The notes beneath the pieces are model-generated. The model saw only the letters and a list, made by a program, of their open reading frames with translations. It searched no databases and had not been told where the DNA came from. A DNA stretch of 64,000 nucleotides from a virus: positions 319,950-383,949 of IMG/VR virus record IMGVR_UViG_3300045988_180880. One strand, written 5' to 3'. Shown here in pieces: positions 12,648 to 20,731 of the stretch (its first letter is position 1; each line of letters begins with the position of its first letter). The translations under genes were made by a program, and so were the position numbers.

Positions 12648-14720
12648 ATGTCAATACTAAAATTACCTAATATCGTAGTACCAAGAGGTATTAGATATAT
12701 TTCAGAAATGGATAGTTTATTTAGATTTTATAAACTACCTGTAAAGTGTATAATTAATAAGCAACTTCCTGGATGTGGTTTTACAGAATACTGTATTAAT
12801 GGACCAGAAAATGTTATTCTGTGTAGTCCTAGAAAAATGCTCTTAAAGAATAAGAAGGATCAACATGGTAGAGATGTTTATTTGGTTGTAAATGAACTTG
12901 AGAAGGAAATAGAGGTTGATAAAGATCTCTCCAAGATAGATAAAATTAGATCTCAAGTATTTATGGATACTCTTAAAGAAGTAGTTCATGGAAAGGATAC
13001 AGTTTATAATAAATTAATGAATGAAATTAAAGATTATCTAAATGAGAGGAAGTACTTAGGGGATAAGCCCGCTAAGATCTTAGTTACATATGATTCATAT
13101 AGAATAGTAAAAGATATTCTAAAAAGTCTTGGAATATTTCAGAGTTTCTATACAGTAATAGATGAATTTCAAACTATCCTACATGATTCTAAATTTAAAT
13201 CAGATACTGAATTAGAATTCTTAGATATTCTTAAGCAATCTCATAGTGCATTATTTGTATCAGCTACTCCTATGTTAGAGGAATATCTTAATATGTTAGA
13301 TGAGTTTGATGGTTTACCTTATATTAATATGGATTGGGGTAAGGAGGATTCAACACGAATTATTAAACCAAATCTTAAGGTTTTATCTATGAAATCTACT
13401 GGATCTAAAGCAGAAGAGATCATAAAAACATATAAAGAGGGTAACTTTGAAAAATTTATCAAAATGGTTAATGGATATCCTAGGGAAATAATATCAGATG
13501 AAGCAGTGCTTTATGTAAACAGTGTGAATCATATTATATCTATCATCAAGAAATGTGATTTACAACCTGAAGAAGTAAATATCCTCTGTTCTAATACTCC
13601 TGAGAATCTAAAAAGAATACAAAAGAAATTAGGAAAGAAGTTTGTAATAGGGGAAGTTCCATTGAAAGGAGTAAAATCTAAAATGTTTACATTTTGTACA
13701 AGAACGGTTTACCTAGGCGCGGATTTCTATAGTTTATGTGCTAGATCTTTTATCTTTAGTGATAGTAATATAGATAGTCTAGCCGTAGATATCTCAGAAG
13801 ACTTGCCTCAGATATTAGGACGTCAGAGATTGTTTGATAATCCTTGGAAAAATAATGCAATATTTTATTATAGACCTACATGTGACTATAGAAAGGTTAG
13901 TCAAGAGGAATTTGATAGAGAGATTGAGAGAAAGAAAAAAGCTACTAATGATTTACTACTGTCATATAGTTCAACTCCTGATGAGGCAAAATTAACGTTG
14001 GCTGAGAGATATCAAAAAATGGCAAAGTCATTTAATTATAAAGATGACTATGTAGCAGTAAATGAACACTCCAGGTCTACTCTAATTCCTGTTATTAATA
14101 ACCTAGTTCTGGTAAATGAAATTAGAGCCTTCAGGATACAACAATATGACTATAAGGATAGATTTACAGTATTTAGTTCAGTACATAATACACTAGATAC
14201 AAATGATCTAATAAATCGAGAGGTTTCTGAATTTTTAAGTATGTATCAAGAATTAAAAACATACTATGATAAAATAAAATTACTATGTGAATATAACTTA
14301 TCTGAGCAGGGGGTTAGAATAATATTAGATCAGTTAGGAGGAGATGAGATAGCATCTCACTATATAGCATTGGGTCCTGATAGATTAAGGAAACTTTATT
14401 ATAATAAAACTAACATTAAGAAGGAACTAGGTATAGTAACCTTCAGTAGGGAACTCTTAGTTAATACAGTTCTCTCCAAGTTTTCTATTGGAGATAGAAT
14501 AGGTCAAGCAAGGATAAAAGAAATTCTTAAAAGTCTATATAATTCTATTGGATATTCTGCTATTCCAAAGGCTACTGATTTGGAAGAATTCTTTAATATA
14601 AAAAGAGCAAAAGTTAGTGAAGTTCTTTTAGATGGTACAAAAAAAAGAATAGATGCATTAGAGATAATAGGAGTTAAGCCAGAGTATCAAGGAATATATA
14701 ATAACCTGAAAAAACAATAA
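12648..14720 (+). CDS. SF2 helicase-like protein with lysine-less P-loop and family-specific C-terminal module
   Basis: Motif I-like LPGCGFTE (12768-12788). Motif II DEFQ (13161-13172). Motif III SAT (13260-13268). Motif V-like TRTVYLGADF. Motif VI QILGRQR (13809-13829). The C-terminal ~290 aa is shared with 55852, 57282 and 58309. Confidence 0.75.
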   Translation: MSILKLPNIVVPRGIRYISEMDSLFRFYKLPVKCIINKQLPGCGFTEYCINGPENVILCSPRKMLLKNKKDQHGRDVYLVVNELEKEIEVDKDLSKIDKIRSQVFMDTLKEVVHGKDTVYNKLMNEIKDYLNERKYLGDKPAKILVTYDSYRIVKDILKSLGIFQSFYTVIDEFQTILHDSKFKSDTELEFLDILKQSHSALFVSATPMLEEYLNMLDEFDGLPYINMDWGKEDSTRIIKPNLKVLSMKSTGSKAEEIIKTYKEGNFEKFIKMVNGYPREIISDEAVLYVNSVNHIISIIKKCDLQPEEVNILCSNTPENLKRIQKKLGKKFVIGEVPLKGVKSKMFTFCTRTVYLGADFYSLCARSFIFSDSNIDSLAVDISEDLPQILGRQRLFDNPWKNNAIFYYRPTCDYRKVSQEEFDREIERKKKATNDLLLSYSSTPDEAKLTLAERYQKMAKSFNYKDDYVAVNEHSRSTLIPVINNLVLVNEIRAFRIQQYDYKDRFTVFSSVHNTLDTNDLINREVSEFLSMYQELKTYYDKIKLLCEYNLSEQGVRIILDQLGGDEIASHYIALGPDRLRKLYYNKTNIKKELGIVTFSRELLVNTVLSKFSIGDRIGQARIKEILKSLYNSIGYSAIPKATDLEEFFNIKRAKVSEVLLDGTKKRIDALEIIGVKPEYQGIYNNLKKQ

Positions 14721-14734
14721 AACAATATTTTATG

Positions 14735-14807
14735 AGGTAAGTGTTCGATCTTACCTGAGACATAATAATTCTCATTCGCCAGTAAAGGTGAGTGGGAATT
14801 TTATTTT
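14735..14807 (+). terminator. double-hairpin terminator
   Basis: First hairpin aggtaag/cttacct (14735-14756). Second is a 13-bp stem attctcattcgcc/ggtgagtgggaat (14768-14799) with three G-U pairs valid only on the + strand, followed by tttatttt. Confidence 0.65.
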
Positions 14808-14827
14808 GAATAAAATTAGTACAAGAT

Positions 14828-15697
14828 ATGATAATAAAACGTAAACTAATTTTTGATAGTCCTGAACAAAGAGAGTTTGGGATTCCTTGGAAAAAGTATG
14901 CGAAATATGGAATGAGGTCTGTTAAAGACCACGGGTTAAGAAAAGGAATAAGAAAACTTCGATTTAAGATTTCTGATGATATTGATAAATCAATTAAAGC
15001 AAATGAAAAGGCTCATAAGGCTCTTGATGAATATACTAATAATACTGAATTTCCCAAACGATCAGAAGTAATGGAAGCTTTAGGTCAAGAAGCAAAGAAA
15101 AGAGGAATAGTTGTAATAAAAGGTAAAAAAGAATATAAACAGATATTGAAAGGTGGAGAAAAAATAAAACGCTCTTCTTATGATAGAAGTGAACCTTGGG
15201 CAGTTCCTAAAGAATATATAAAAAAGAAAGATATAATTAAGTATACTAAATCTAATTTTCCAGAGGATAGAGAACTTGGAAAAGCATTATCTAAAGGAAA
15301 AGCTGTAATAAATCAAAAAGGAAGTCAGGCAGTACTTGCTCATGATATTGGACATATTATGAATCGAAGTAAGACAAAAACAGGGATTGTATCTAAAGTA
15401 AATGATGTAACAAAATCGATTTATCAAGATAGTAGAAATAAAAAGGGATTAGGAAATTATTTACTAACTTCTGCAACAGGAAAGATTTTATTAAAAGAAG
15501 AAAAGAATGCTACTAAAAATGCAATGAGTCTTTTAAAATCAGCTAATGCAACTCCAAATGAAATGATTGCAGCCAGAAAAGAATTAGGAGCAGATTTTGG
15601 AACATATATGCATGGTTATAAAGCAAGTAAGGGAAGAATATTAAAGGGAGTAGTAAAACCGAATAGAATAAAGAAGAAAAATAAAAAGAGACGTTAG
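14828..15697 (+). CDS. leader-family protein with degenerate HDxxH motif
   Basis: MIIKRKLIFDSPEQREFG... HDIGH at 15341-15355, followed by EEKNATKNAMSLLKSANATPNE, which aligns to the HExxH paralogs. TAG stop. Confidence 0.75.
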   Translation: MIIKRKLIFDSPEQREFGIPWKKYAKYGMRSVKDHGLRKGIRKLRFKISDDIDKSIKANEKAHKALDEYTNNTEFPKRSEVMEALGQEAKKRGIVVIKGKKEYKQILKGGEKIKRSSYDRSEPWAVPKEYIKKKDIIKYTKSNFPEDRELGKALSKGKAVINQKGSQAVLAHDIGHIMNRSKTKTGIVSKVNDVTKSIYQDSRNKKGLGNYLLTSATGKILLKEEKNATKNAMSLLKSANATPNEMIAARKELGADFGTYMHGYKASKGRILKGVVKPNRIKKKNKKRR

Positions 15698-16017
15698 GCC
15701 TCTTTTTCTTGAATTTTAGAAATTAAACTATTAATATATTTTTCAGCTAATTCTTTTGTCTTAAATTTATTATTGAAAGATCCAATAATATAATATTTCT
15801 CTGGATCTTCTAGATTTATATTATATAATAGTTTAAAAGTTTCTAAATCTTCTTTCTTAATATTTAATATTTTCATATCTTTAGGAACATCGTATTCTTC
15901 TTTAGATACTTGAATTAATGTAATAAACGAAATCCCTTGTTCAAAAACTTTAGCTGTAGTGAACATTTTAGATATCTGTTTATTAGGTTTTACAATTTTA
16001 ATAATATCTTTTTTCAT
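15694..16017 (-). CDS. hypothetical protein
   Basis: 107-aa ORF with the promoter-like motif ~20 nt upstream. Its 3' end overlaps the convergent gene by 4 nt. Confidence 0.7.
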   Translation of the reverse strand: MKKDIIKIVKPNKQISKMFTTAKVFEQGISFITLIQVSKEEYDVPKDMKILNIKKEDLETFKLLYNINLEDPEKYYIIGSFNNKFKTKELAEKYINSLISKIQEKEA

Positions 16018-16037
16018 ATTCTTATATATTTATCATT

Positions 16038-16054
16038 ACATATATAAGGCTTTT
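16038..16054 (-). promoter_or_regulatory. promoter-like motif
   Basis: Plus strand reads acatatataaggctttt. Confidence 0.6.
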
Positions 16055-16112
16055 AGTTTATTATATTCCGTTCTTTATTTATGATCGGAAAAGTAAAAAA
16101 TCATATTCTCTA

Positions 16113-16145
16113 AAGGGGGGGGGTATGAAGTTTAATATTCCCCTT
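16113..16145 (+). promoter_or_regulatory. G9-tract element upstream of a leader-family gene
   Basis: aagggggggggtatgaagtttaatattcccctt, with G9 at 16115-16123. The aagggg/cccctt arms can pair. Ends 18 nt before ATG 16164. Confidence 0.6.
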
Positions 16146-16163
16146 AAATAGTATATAAATAGT

Positions 16164-17108
16164 ATGATAATAAAAAGAAAATTATTCTCTAAGAAATTAA
16201 CAGCCGAAGAGAGAAAACAGAGAGCTGCAGATCAGATTGATAAAACTCGTAAAGGAGTATCTACTGCGCATGGAATTTTAGCTGGTGGTACTGTAGCTGG
16301 GGTAGGTCTTTTAGGTTCTGATATTGCCAGAAATGAAGCTATGTATAAAGTAACTAAACAAACTAATAAACATGTAGATAAAATTAGCGAAAATTATGGT
16401 AATAAACTAGATAAGATAAGAAATACTGGAGATAAAGTTCGAGAATTGGCTAAGAAGAGATTGAAGAAAACTGGAAATCCTATAAAAGATCTTGCTAATG
16501 AACTTGATATTGATAGAAAGGTTGATTATGTCGAAAATGTCTATAAAACAGGAGCTGGAGAAGAATATAATGCTAAAATCGAAACTCTTAAAAAAGCTTC
16601 TAATAGATTAAAGGATAGAATTTCAAAGAAAGCTTCAAAGAGAAATAAGAAGATCTTGGTAGGAGCAGCTTTATTAGGAACAGCGGCGGGATTAGCTTCA
16701 AACCATTCAATGAAGAAACGTGCAGAAAAACTTAGAGAGAATAAATTTTCTAAGGCTGATAATGATTTAGATGAAGAAACATATCTTGGGATGTCAGAAG
16801 AATTTGATGATTCTAAATTCTCTCGAAAGTCAGATAAATGGCTTAAAGAAAGAGCTAGATATAATGAAGGTTTGACTGATAGAGAGAAAAAGAATATAAA
16901 GAAGACTGCTGCTAAAGCGATGATAGGTTTAGGTGTGACAGGAGCTTCAATTGGATTAGCTAAGAAATTATCTTTAAAAAGAGGTTTAATAGGAGCTGGA
17001 ATCGGTGCTGCTACAGGTGCCGGAATTGCTGCAGCTGCACATCTTCATCATAAATCAGAAGCAAGAAAGGCTCGTAAAGAATTAGAGCGTAGAGAAAAAG
17101 AAGATTAA
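16164..17108 (+). CDS. leader-family protein with glycine-zipper-like hydrophobic segments
   Basis: MIIKRKLFSKKLTAEE... Four Gly/Ala-rich hydrophobic stretches (GILAGGTVAGVGLLG; LVGAALLGTAAGLA; MIGLGVTGASIGLA; LIGAGIGAATGAGIAAAA) are separated by Lys-rich helices. Confidence 0.75.
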   Translation: MIIKRKLFSKKLTAEERKQRAADQIDKTRKGVSTAHGILAGGTVAGVGLLGSDIARNEAMYKVTKQTNKHVDKISENYGNKLDKIRNTGDKVRELAKKRLKKTGNPIKDLANELDIDRKVDYVENVYKTGAGEEYNAKIETLKKASNRLKDRISKKASKRNKKILVGAALLGTAAGLASNHSMKKRAEKLRENKFSKADNDLDEETYLGMSEEFDDSKFSRKSDKWLKERARYNEGLTDREKKNIKKTAAKAMIGLGVTGASIGLAKKLSLKRGLIGAGIGAATGAGIAAAAHLHHKSEARKARKELERREKED

Positions 17109-17136
17109 TTAATAAAAAAATGAGAGTTTAACGATT

Positions 17137-17898
17137 ATGAATATTTTAACATCACAATTACCATCAGGAGGATATGGATATAAATTCCCAAGTGTTAAGG
17201 TTAGTCCTATGACATTCTTAGAGATAACGAGATATCTTGAGAATCTTCCTTCTGATGATCCACTAGAAAAATACTTATATGATATCAACTTACTTATCCA
17301 GGAAGATGAAACTATCCTAGATTGTTATTTAATGGATGTAGATTTCTTGATATTTTATAAAAAGCTTTGTACGGTTTCTGGAGAATTATCTTATGAAATT
17401 GAGGTAACATGTCCAGAATGTGGAAAGAAAATGAAAAAAACTATATCCTTCGAGAAAGATATACACTTTAAACAGATCGATCAAAAGATTATGAATGGTG
17501 CTTTTATTGAACTCGGTGGACATAGATACGAGACTATAGTTCCGACAGTTAGAGAATTTATGAAGGTTTTTCAAACTTACCTTAGATATCGAACTGTAAC
17601 TGATCTTAAGATGATTAAAACTATAGCACTGATTAAAGATTTTGATTATCAGGGAACACAGATTGAAAAAGATGTCCTTGGGGCTACTCACTCTGATGTT
17701 ACACTTCTCTTAGCTTTACGTGACTTATATTATGATCGTCTTGAGCCAGTTCAATTGTTTTGTTCAGAATGTAATAAAGGTAAAAAACCGAAGGAAAGGA
17801 GGAGTGTGGCAGTAAGTGTAGAATCTCTTACTGTCGACTTCTTTCGAGACATCTGTAACAATTCCCCAATTGATGGATCTAAAATTTTATTTAAATAA
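17137..17898 (+). CDS. hypothetical Zn-ribbon protein
   Basis: 253-aa ORF with CPECG...CSECN cysteine pairs. Confidence 0.7.
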   Translation: MNILTSQLPSGGYGYKFPSVKVSPMTFLEITRYLENLPSDDPLEKYLYDINLLIQEDETILDCYLMDVDFLIFYKKLCTVSGELSYEIEVTCPECGKKMKKTISFEKDIHFKQIDQKIMNGAFIELGGHRYETIVPTVREFMKVFQTYLRYRTVTDLKMIKTIALIKDFDYQGTQIEKDVLGATHSDVTLLLALRDLYYDRLEPVQLFCSECNKGKKPKERRSVAVSVESLTVDFFRDICNNSPIDGSKILFK

Positions 17899-18154
17899 AT
17901 TTCTTAAGGCAGATGGAATAGAGAATTATACATTGAGTTCTCTTAAAGCTCTTAGGGAATGTTATGAGAATTTTCTTGATACTACTGAAGGAACTGATCC
18001 AGACTTCCCATTACTTAATTTTGGTGGTAAGAAGGGACAGAGGCTTAAGGGTATATCAGCAGCACAGCGCCAAGCCTACTATGAATCTGAAGCTGAGAGA
18101 AAAGAAATGATGGGTGAGGGAGGAATAATAAATGTAAACATTTTAGACTTATGA
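17870..18154 (+). CDS. hypothetical protein
   Basis: 94-aa ORF overlapping the previous gene by 29 nt in the +1 frame. Its stop overlaps ATG 18151 (ATGA). Confidence 0.55.
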   Translation: MMDLKFYLNKFLKADGIENYTLSSLKALRECYENFLDTTEGTDPDFPLLNFGGKKGQRLKGISAAQRQAYYESEAERKEMMGEGGIINVNILDL

Positions 18155-18938
18155 TTATAAAACGTAAATTATTTAGTCAGAAAAAAAAGAATCTGATGAC
18201 AAACTTAAGAGGGCCGCATCAATAGCCGGAGGAGCGGTAGTTACTAAAGAAGGATTGAATATACTAGATAATGTACATCAATCTGGAGAAGTATCTGGTA
18301 GGGTTAGATTATATCATGGAACTACTAAGAAAAATAAGAAGAAAATACTAGAAGAAGGTTTGAAAGGTGAAAAAGCTCTTACTAGTGATGCTATTACTAA
18401 TTAAAGAATAGGTGATGTTGGTAAAAAGTTTGGGAAGAAGATAGTATATACTGGAAAAAAGAGAGCGCCAGCGATTGACATGATAGTATCTCACGCAATG
18501 AATGCTGAAACACCTTCTATGGTTAGGATGTCAATTCCCTACAAAGAGTATCAGAACATGAGGTCTAGGAGAGTATATGAGAATCCTGAATTTACTATCG
18601 CTCACAATGCAAAAACTAAAAAAGAGTTTGCTGAGGATATGAAGAATAATATATTTCATCCAATGACTAAGAGAGAAGCTAATAAATATTATGATAAGTT
18701 TTCTGGTGCTAAAGGAACTTCTGGAACAAGAATTTTTGAAGGTGATATTGAATCTAAATATATAAAAGGAGGAAAAGGTTATCAAAAAAATTCTATCAAA
18801 GAGGTTGGAAAATATATTAAAAAGAATCCTAAACGTTTTGCTAAGGGTCTTGGAAAAGCTTCTCTTGGTGCTGGATTAATTGCAGGAGGAGCGGCATTAG
18901 CTATCAAAGGTGGAAAAAAGAAAGATAATACTGAATAA
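18151..18938 (+). pseudogene. leader-family paralog of the 19019 gene, disrupted by a frame break at A8 and an in-frame TAA
   Basis: ATG 18151 gives MIIKRKLFSQKKKN.., with a stop at 18223-18225. The -1 frame from 18189 (ESDDKLKRAASIAGGAVV..RLYHGTTKKNKKKILEEGLKGEKAL..) runs into listed ORF 18480..18938, apart from one TAA at 18402-18404. It aligns with the 19019 product along its whole length. Rescue by recoding is also possible (see findings). Confidence 0.55.
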
Positions 18939-18975
18939 ATTAATCTATAATAAAAACTTCTATCTTCCTGTAAAC

Positions 18976-19005
18976 GGGGGGGGGTATGAAGTTTAATAAT
19001 TCCCC
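18976..19005 (+). promoter_or_regulatory. G9-tract element upstream of a leader-family gene
   Basis: gggggggggtatgaagtttaataattcccc, with G9 at 18976-18984. Ends 13 nt before ATG 19019. Confidence 0.6.
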
Positions 19006-19018
19006 TATATAATATTTT

Positions 19019-19948
19019 ATGATTATTAAGAGAAAATTATTTTCTAAAAAAGAAGATAATAAGAAATTAAAAGAAGGAGTAGGATTATCTTCTATTATAG
19101 GAGGTGGATATTTAATTTCTAAATCAAATAATAAAGGAGATTTAACAGGAAGGCATAAATTCTATCATTCAACTGAAAAGAAGAATGTTAAATCTATTTT
19201 AGAAAGTGGTCTTAAAGGTTCTAAAGCATTAGAGGATGGAAACTTTACAAATTCATTTCTTCATGGTGCCGGAAAAGATGATGGAAGGGAGTTAGTATAT
19301 TTAGCAAAAAATAAAAAATCAGCTAGGAATGTTTCGGATGCTAGGATTGAAGCTGGTAGAGGAAAATCAAAGACTCTAAAAGTAGAAATACCACATGAAG
19401 ACTATAAAAAAATGAAAATAGCTAATGGAAATCCAGAACTAGAAGGAGCCAAAACATATAAAGAATTTCTAAATAATAGAAGTTATAGAGAGGATAATAA
19501 ATATAATAGATCTCTTTGGAAAGATTTAGGAGGAGATAGGAATTCTAACACTAGAATGATTGAAGGAAATATAGATTCTAAACATATCGTTGGTGGGAAA
19601 GGATATAAAAAATTAAGTACTAAAGAGTTAAGAGGTTATATCAAGAAAAATCCCAAAAAATTTTTAAGAGGGGCTGGAAAATTATCTTTAGGTGTCTCCG
19701 GAGTTTATATAGGAGGAAAATTACTTCGGAATAATGCAGAAAATTCTAAATCTAACAGTATCGATAATTCAGAAAAAATTTTAGTAAGTGCTGGAGCAAT
19801 TGGATCTGGAATTAAAACTGCTAGGACTGAATTAAAGAAAGTTAAACAAAATGATGTTATTGGTAGATCTAAAATTGACCAATTTTCTTCTGGATCTTTC
19901 AGAAAAAAAGCAAAAATCGTAAAAGATCTTGTTAAAAAGAAGGAGTAA
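19019..19948 (+). CDS. leader-family protein, possible H-Y-E type ADP-ribosyltransferase-like domain
   Basis: MIIKRKLFSKKEDNKK.. The blocks FYHSTEKKNVKSILESGL, ELVYLAKN and MIEGNIDSKHIVGG are conserved in the 18151 paralog as LYHGT, IVYTGK and IFEGDIESKYIKGG. Confidence 0.7.
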   Translation: MIIKRKLFSKKEDNKKLKEGVGLSSIIGGGYLISKSNNKGDLTGRHKFYHSTEKKNVKSILESGLKGSKALEDGNFTNSFLHGAGKDDGRELVYLAKNKKSARNVSDARIEAGRGKSKTLKVEIPHEDYKKMKIANGNPELEGAKTYKEFLNNRSYREDNKYNRSLWKDLGGDRNSNTRMIEGNIDSKHIVGGKGYKKLSTKELRGYIKKNPKKFLRGAGKLSLGVSGVYIGGKLLRNNAENSKSNSIDNSEKILVSAGAIGSGIKTARTELKKVKQNDVIGRSKIDQFSSGSFRKKAKIVKDLVKKKE

Positions 19949-20160
19949 GTAACTTTGATGATATTTATAAGAGAGCGGGAGAAGCTGTAGAAAATGATAT
20001 TAATATTGAAAGAAAAGCACAAGAGAAAGGAATGAATATATTAAAAAAAGCAAAGAAATTAGGAAAACAGAAATCTATAGCAAAAGGAGCTTTAGTAACT
20101 TCTTCCTTATTAGGTGCTTATGCTGGATATAGAAAATATAGAAAAGATAGGGAGGAATAA
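19939..20160 (+). other. stop-free -1-frame ORF filling the gap after the 19019 gene
   Basis: The -1 frame is open from 19936 to TAA 20158-20160, with no ATG before 20032. It ends in a hydrophobic GALVTSSLLGAYAGY segment like other family C-termini. It is reachable by a -1 slip at T AAA AAG (19933-19939). Confidence 0.3.
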
Positions 20161-20162
20161 TT

Positions 20163-20645
20163 ATGAGAGTATTAAGACAAAAAGTATTTTCTTTACTAAC
20201 TGAACGAATTAGAGAAGAATACTTAATAAAACCTGGAGATTTCGATAAATTTCCAAAAATCGTTCAAAATTATTACTTACAGGGAATTAATAAGGATTTT
20301 TATGATTTAATTAATCTCCAAGGATGTCATGGATTTAATCCATTTCCAACTCCAATATTAGATAAAAAACCTAATAAAGATGGATATATTCCTTTATTTG
20401 CAGAAAATCAAGATTATGCTGACTTAGATAATCCTACAGTTTACTATAAAGATGGAGTATTATTCAAGAAGACTGGGATATTTTTCAAAAAGATAGTTCC
20501 TATGAGTGACTTGAAATTTAAGAGTTTTCTTCTCAATAGTATGATTAATGAAGATGATTTAGGTCAGGAGTGGAAACAACATCCTAATGGAAATAGGATA
20601 ATAGCTCTTGAAGAAAAGATGGAGAGGAAAATTAATAGATTATAG
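20163..20645 (+). CDS. hypothetical protein (N-terminus weakly leader-like: MRVLRQKVFS)
   Basis: 160-aa ORF with an SD-like gggagg 8 nt upstream. Confidence 0.7.
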   Translation: MRVLRQKVFSLLTERIREEYLIKPGDFDKFPKIVQNYYLQGINKDFYDLINLQGCHGFNPFPTPILDKKPNKDGYIPLFAENQDYADLDNPTVYYKDGVLFKKTGIFFKKIVPMSDLKFKSFLLNSMINEDDLGQEWKQHPNGNRIIALEEKMERKINRL

Positions 20646-20671
20646 AAAATTAATCCTCCTTAAAAACATAC

Positions 20672-20731
20672 AATCCTGGGAAAGTTTGGGATATAACTGC
20701 CCAGGAACTAAATTAAAAATAAAGAGCTATG
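20672..20731 (+). repeat. ~60-nt CCTGGG-hairpin element, copy 2
   Basis: aatcctgggaaagtttgggatataactgcccaggaactaaattaaaaataaagagctATG. Hairpin cctggg/cccagg. Leads into gene 20729. Confidence 0.8.

Noticed and set aside
14743-14760. tRNA genes: scanned for GTTCRANYC-type T-arm motifs, for example tgttcgatcttacc at 14743 and ggttcaacgacta in the introns.
   Set aside because: There is no cloverleaf context. The first match is the loop and arm of a terminator hairpin. The second is the group I R element. No tRNA, tmRNA or rRNA could be supported anywhere in the window.
16115-16123. G9 tracts as G-quadruplex formers or phase-variable slippage tracts.
   Set aside because: A single G9 run cannot form an intramolecular four-tract quadruplex. 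All three tracts have exactly the same length and lie outside coding sequence, so classical frame-switching phase variation does not apply. Kept only as a conserved cis element.
18402-18404. Possible stop-codon reassignment (in-frame TAA in the 18151 gene; phages with recoded TAG/TGA are known).
   Set aside because: It is a single case. TAA is the normal terminator of most genes here. TAG (15695, 62008) and TGA also end well-delimited ORFs. No other long gene needs read-through. A nonsense mutation or a sequencing error is more parsimonious.
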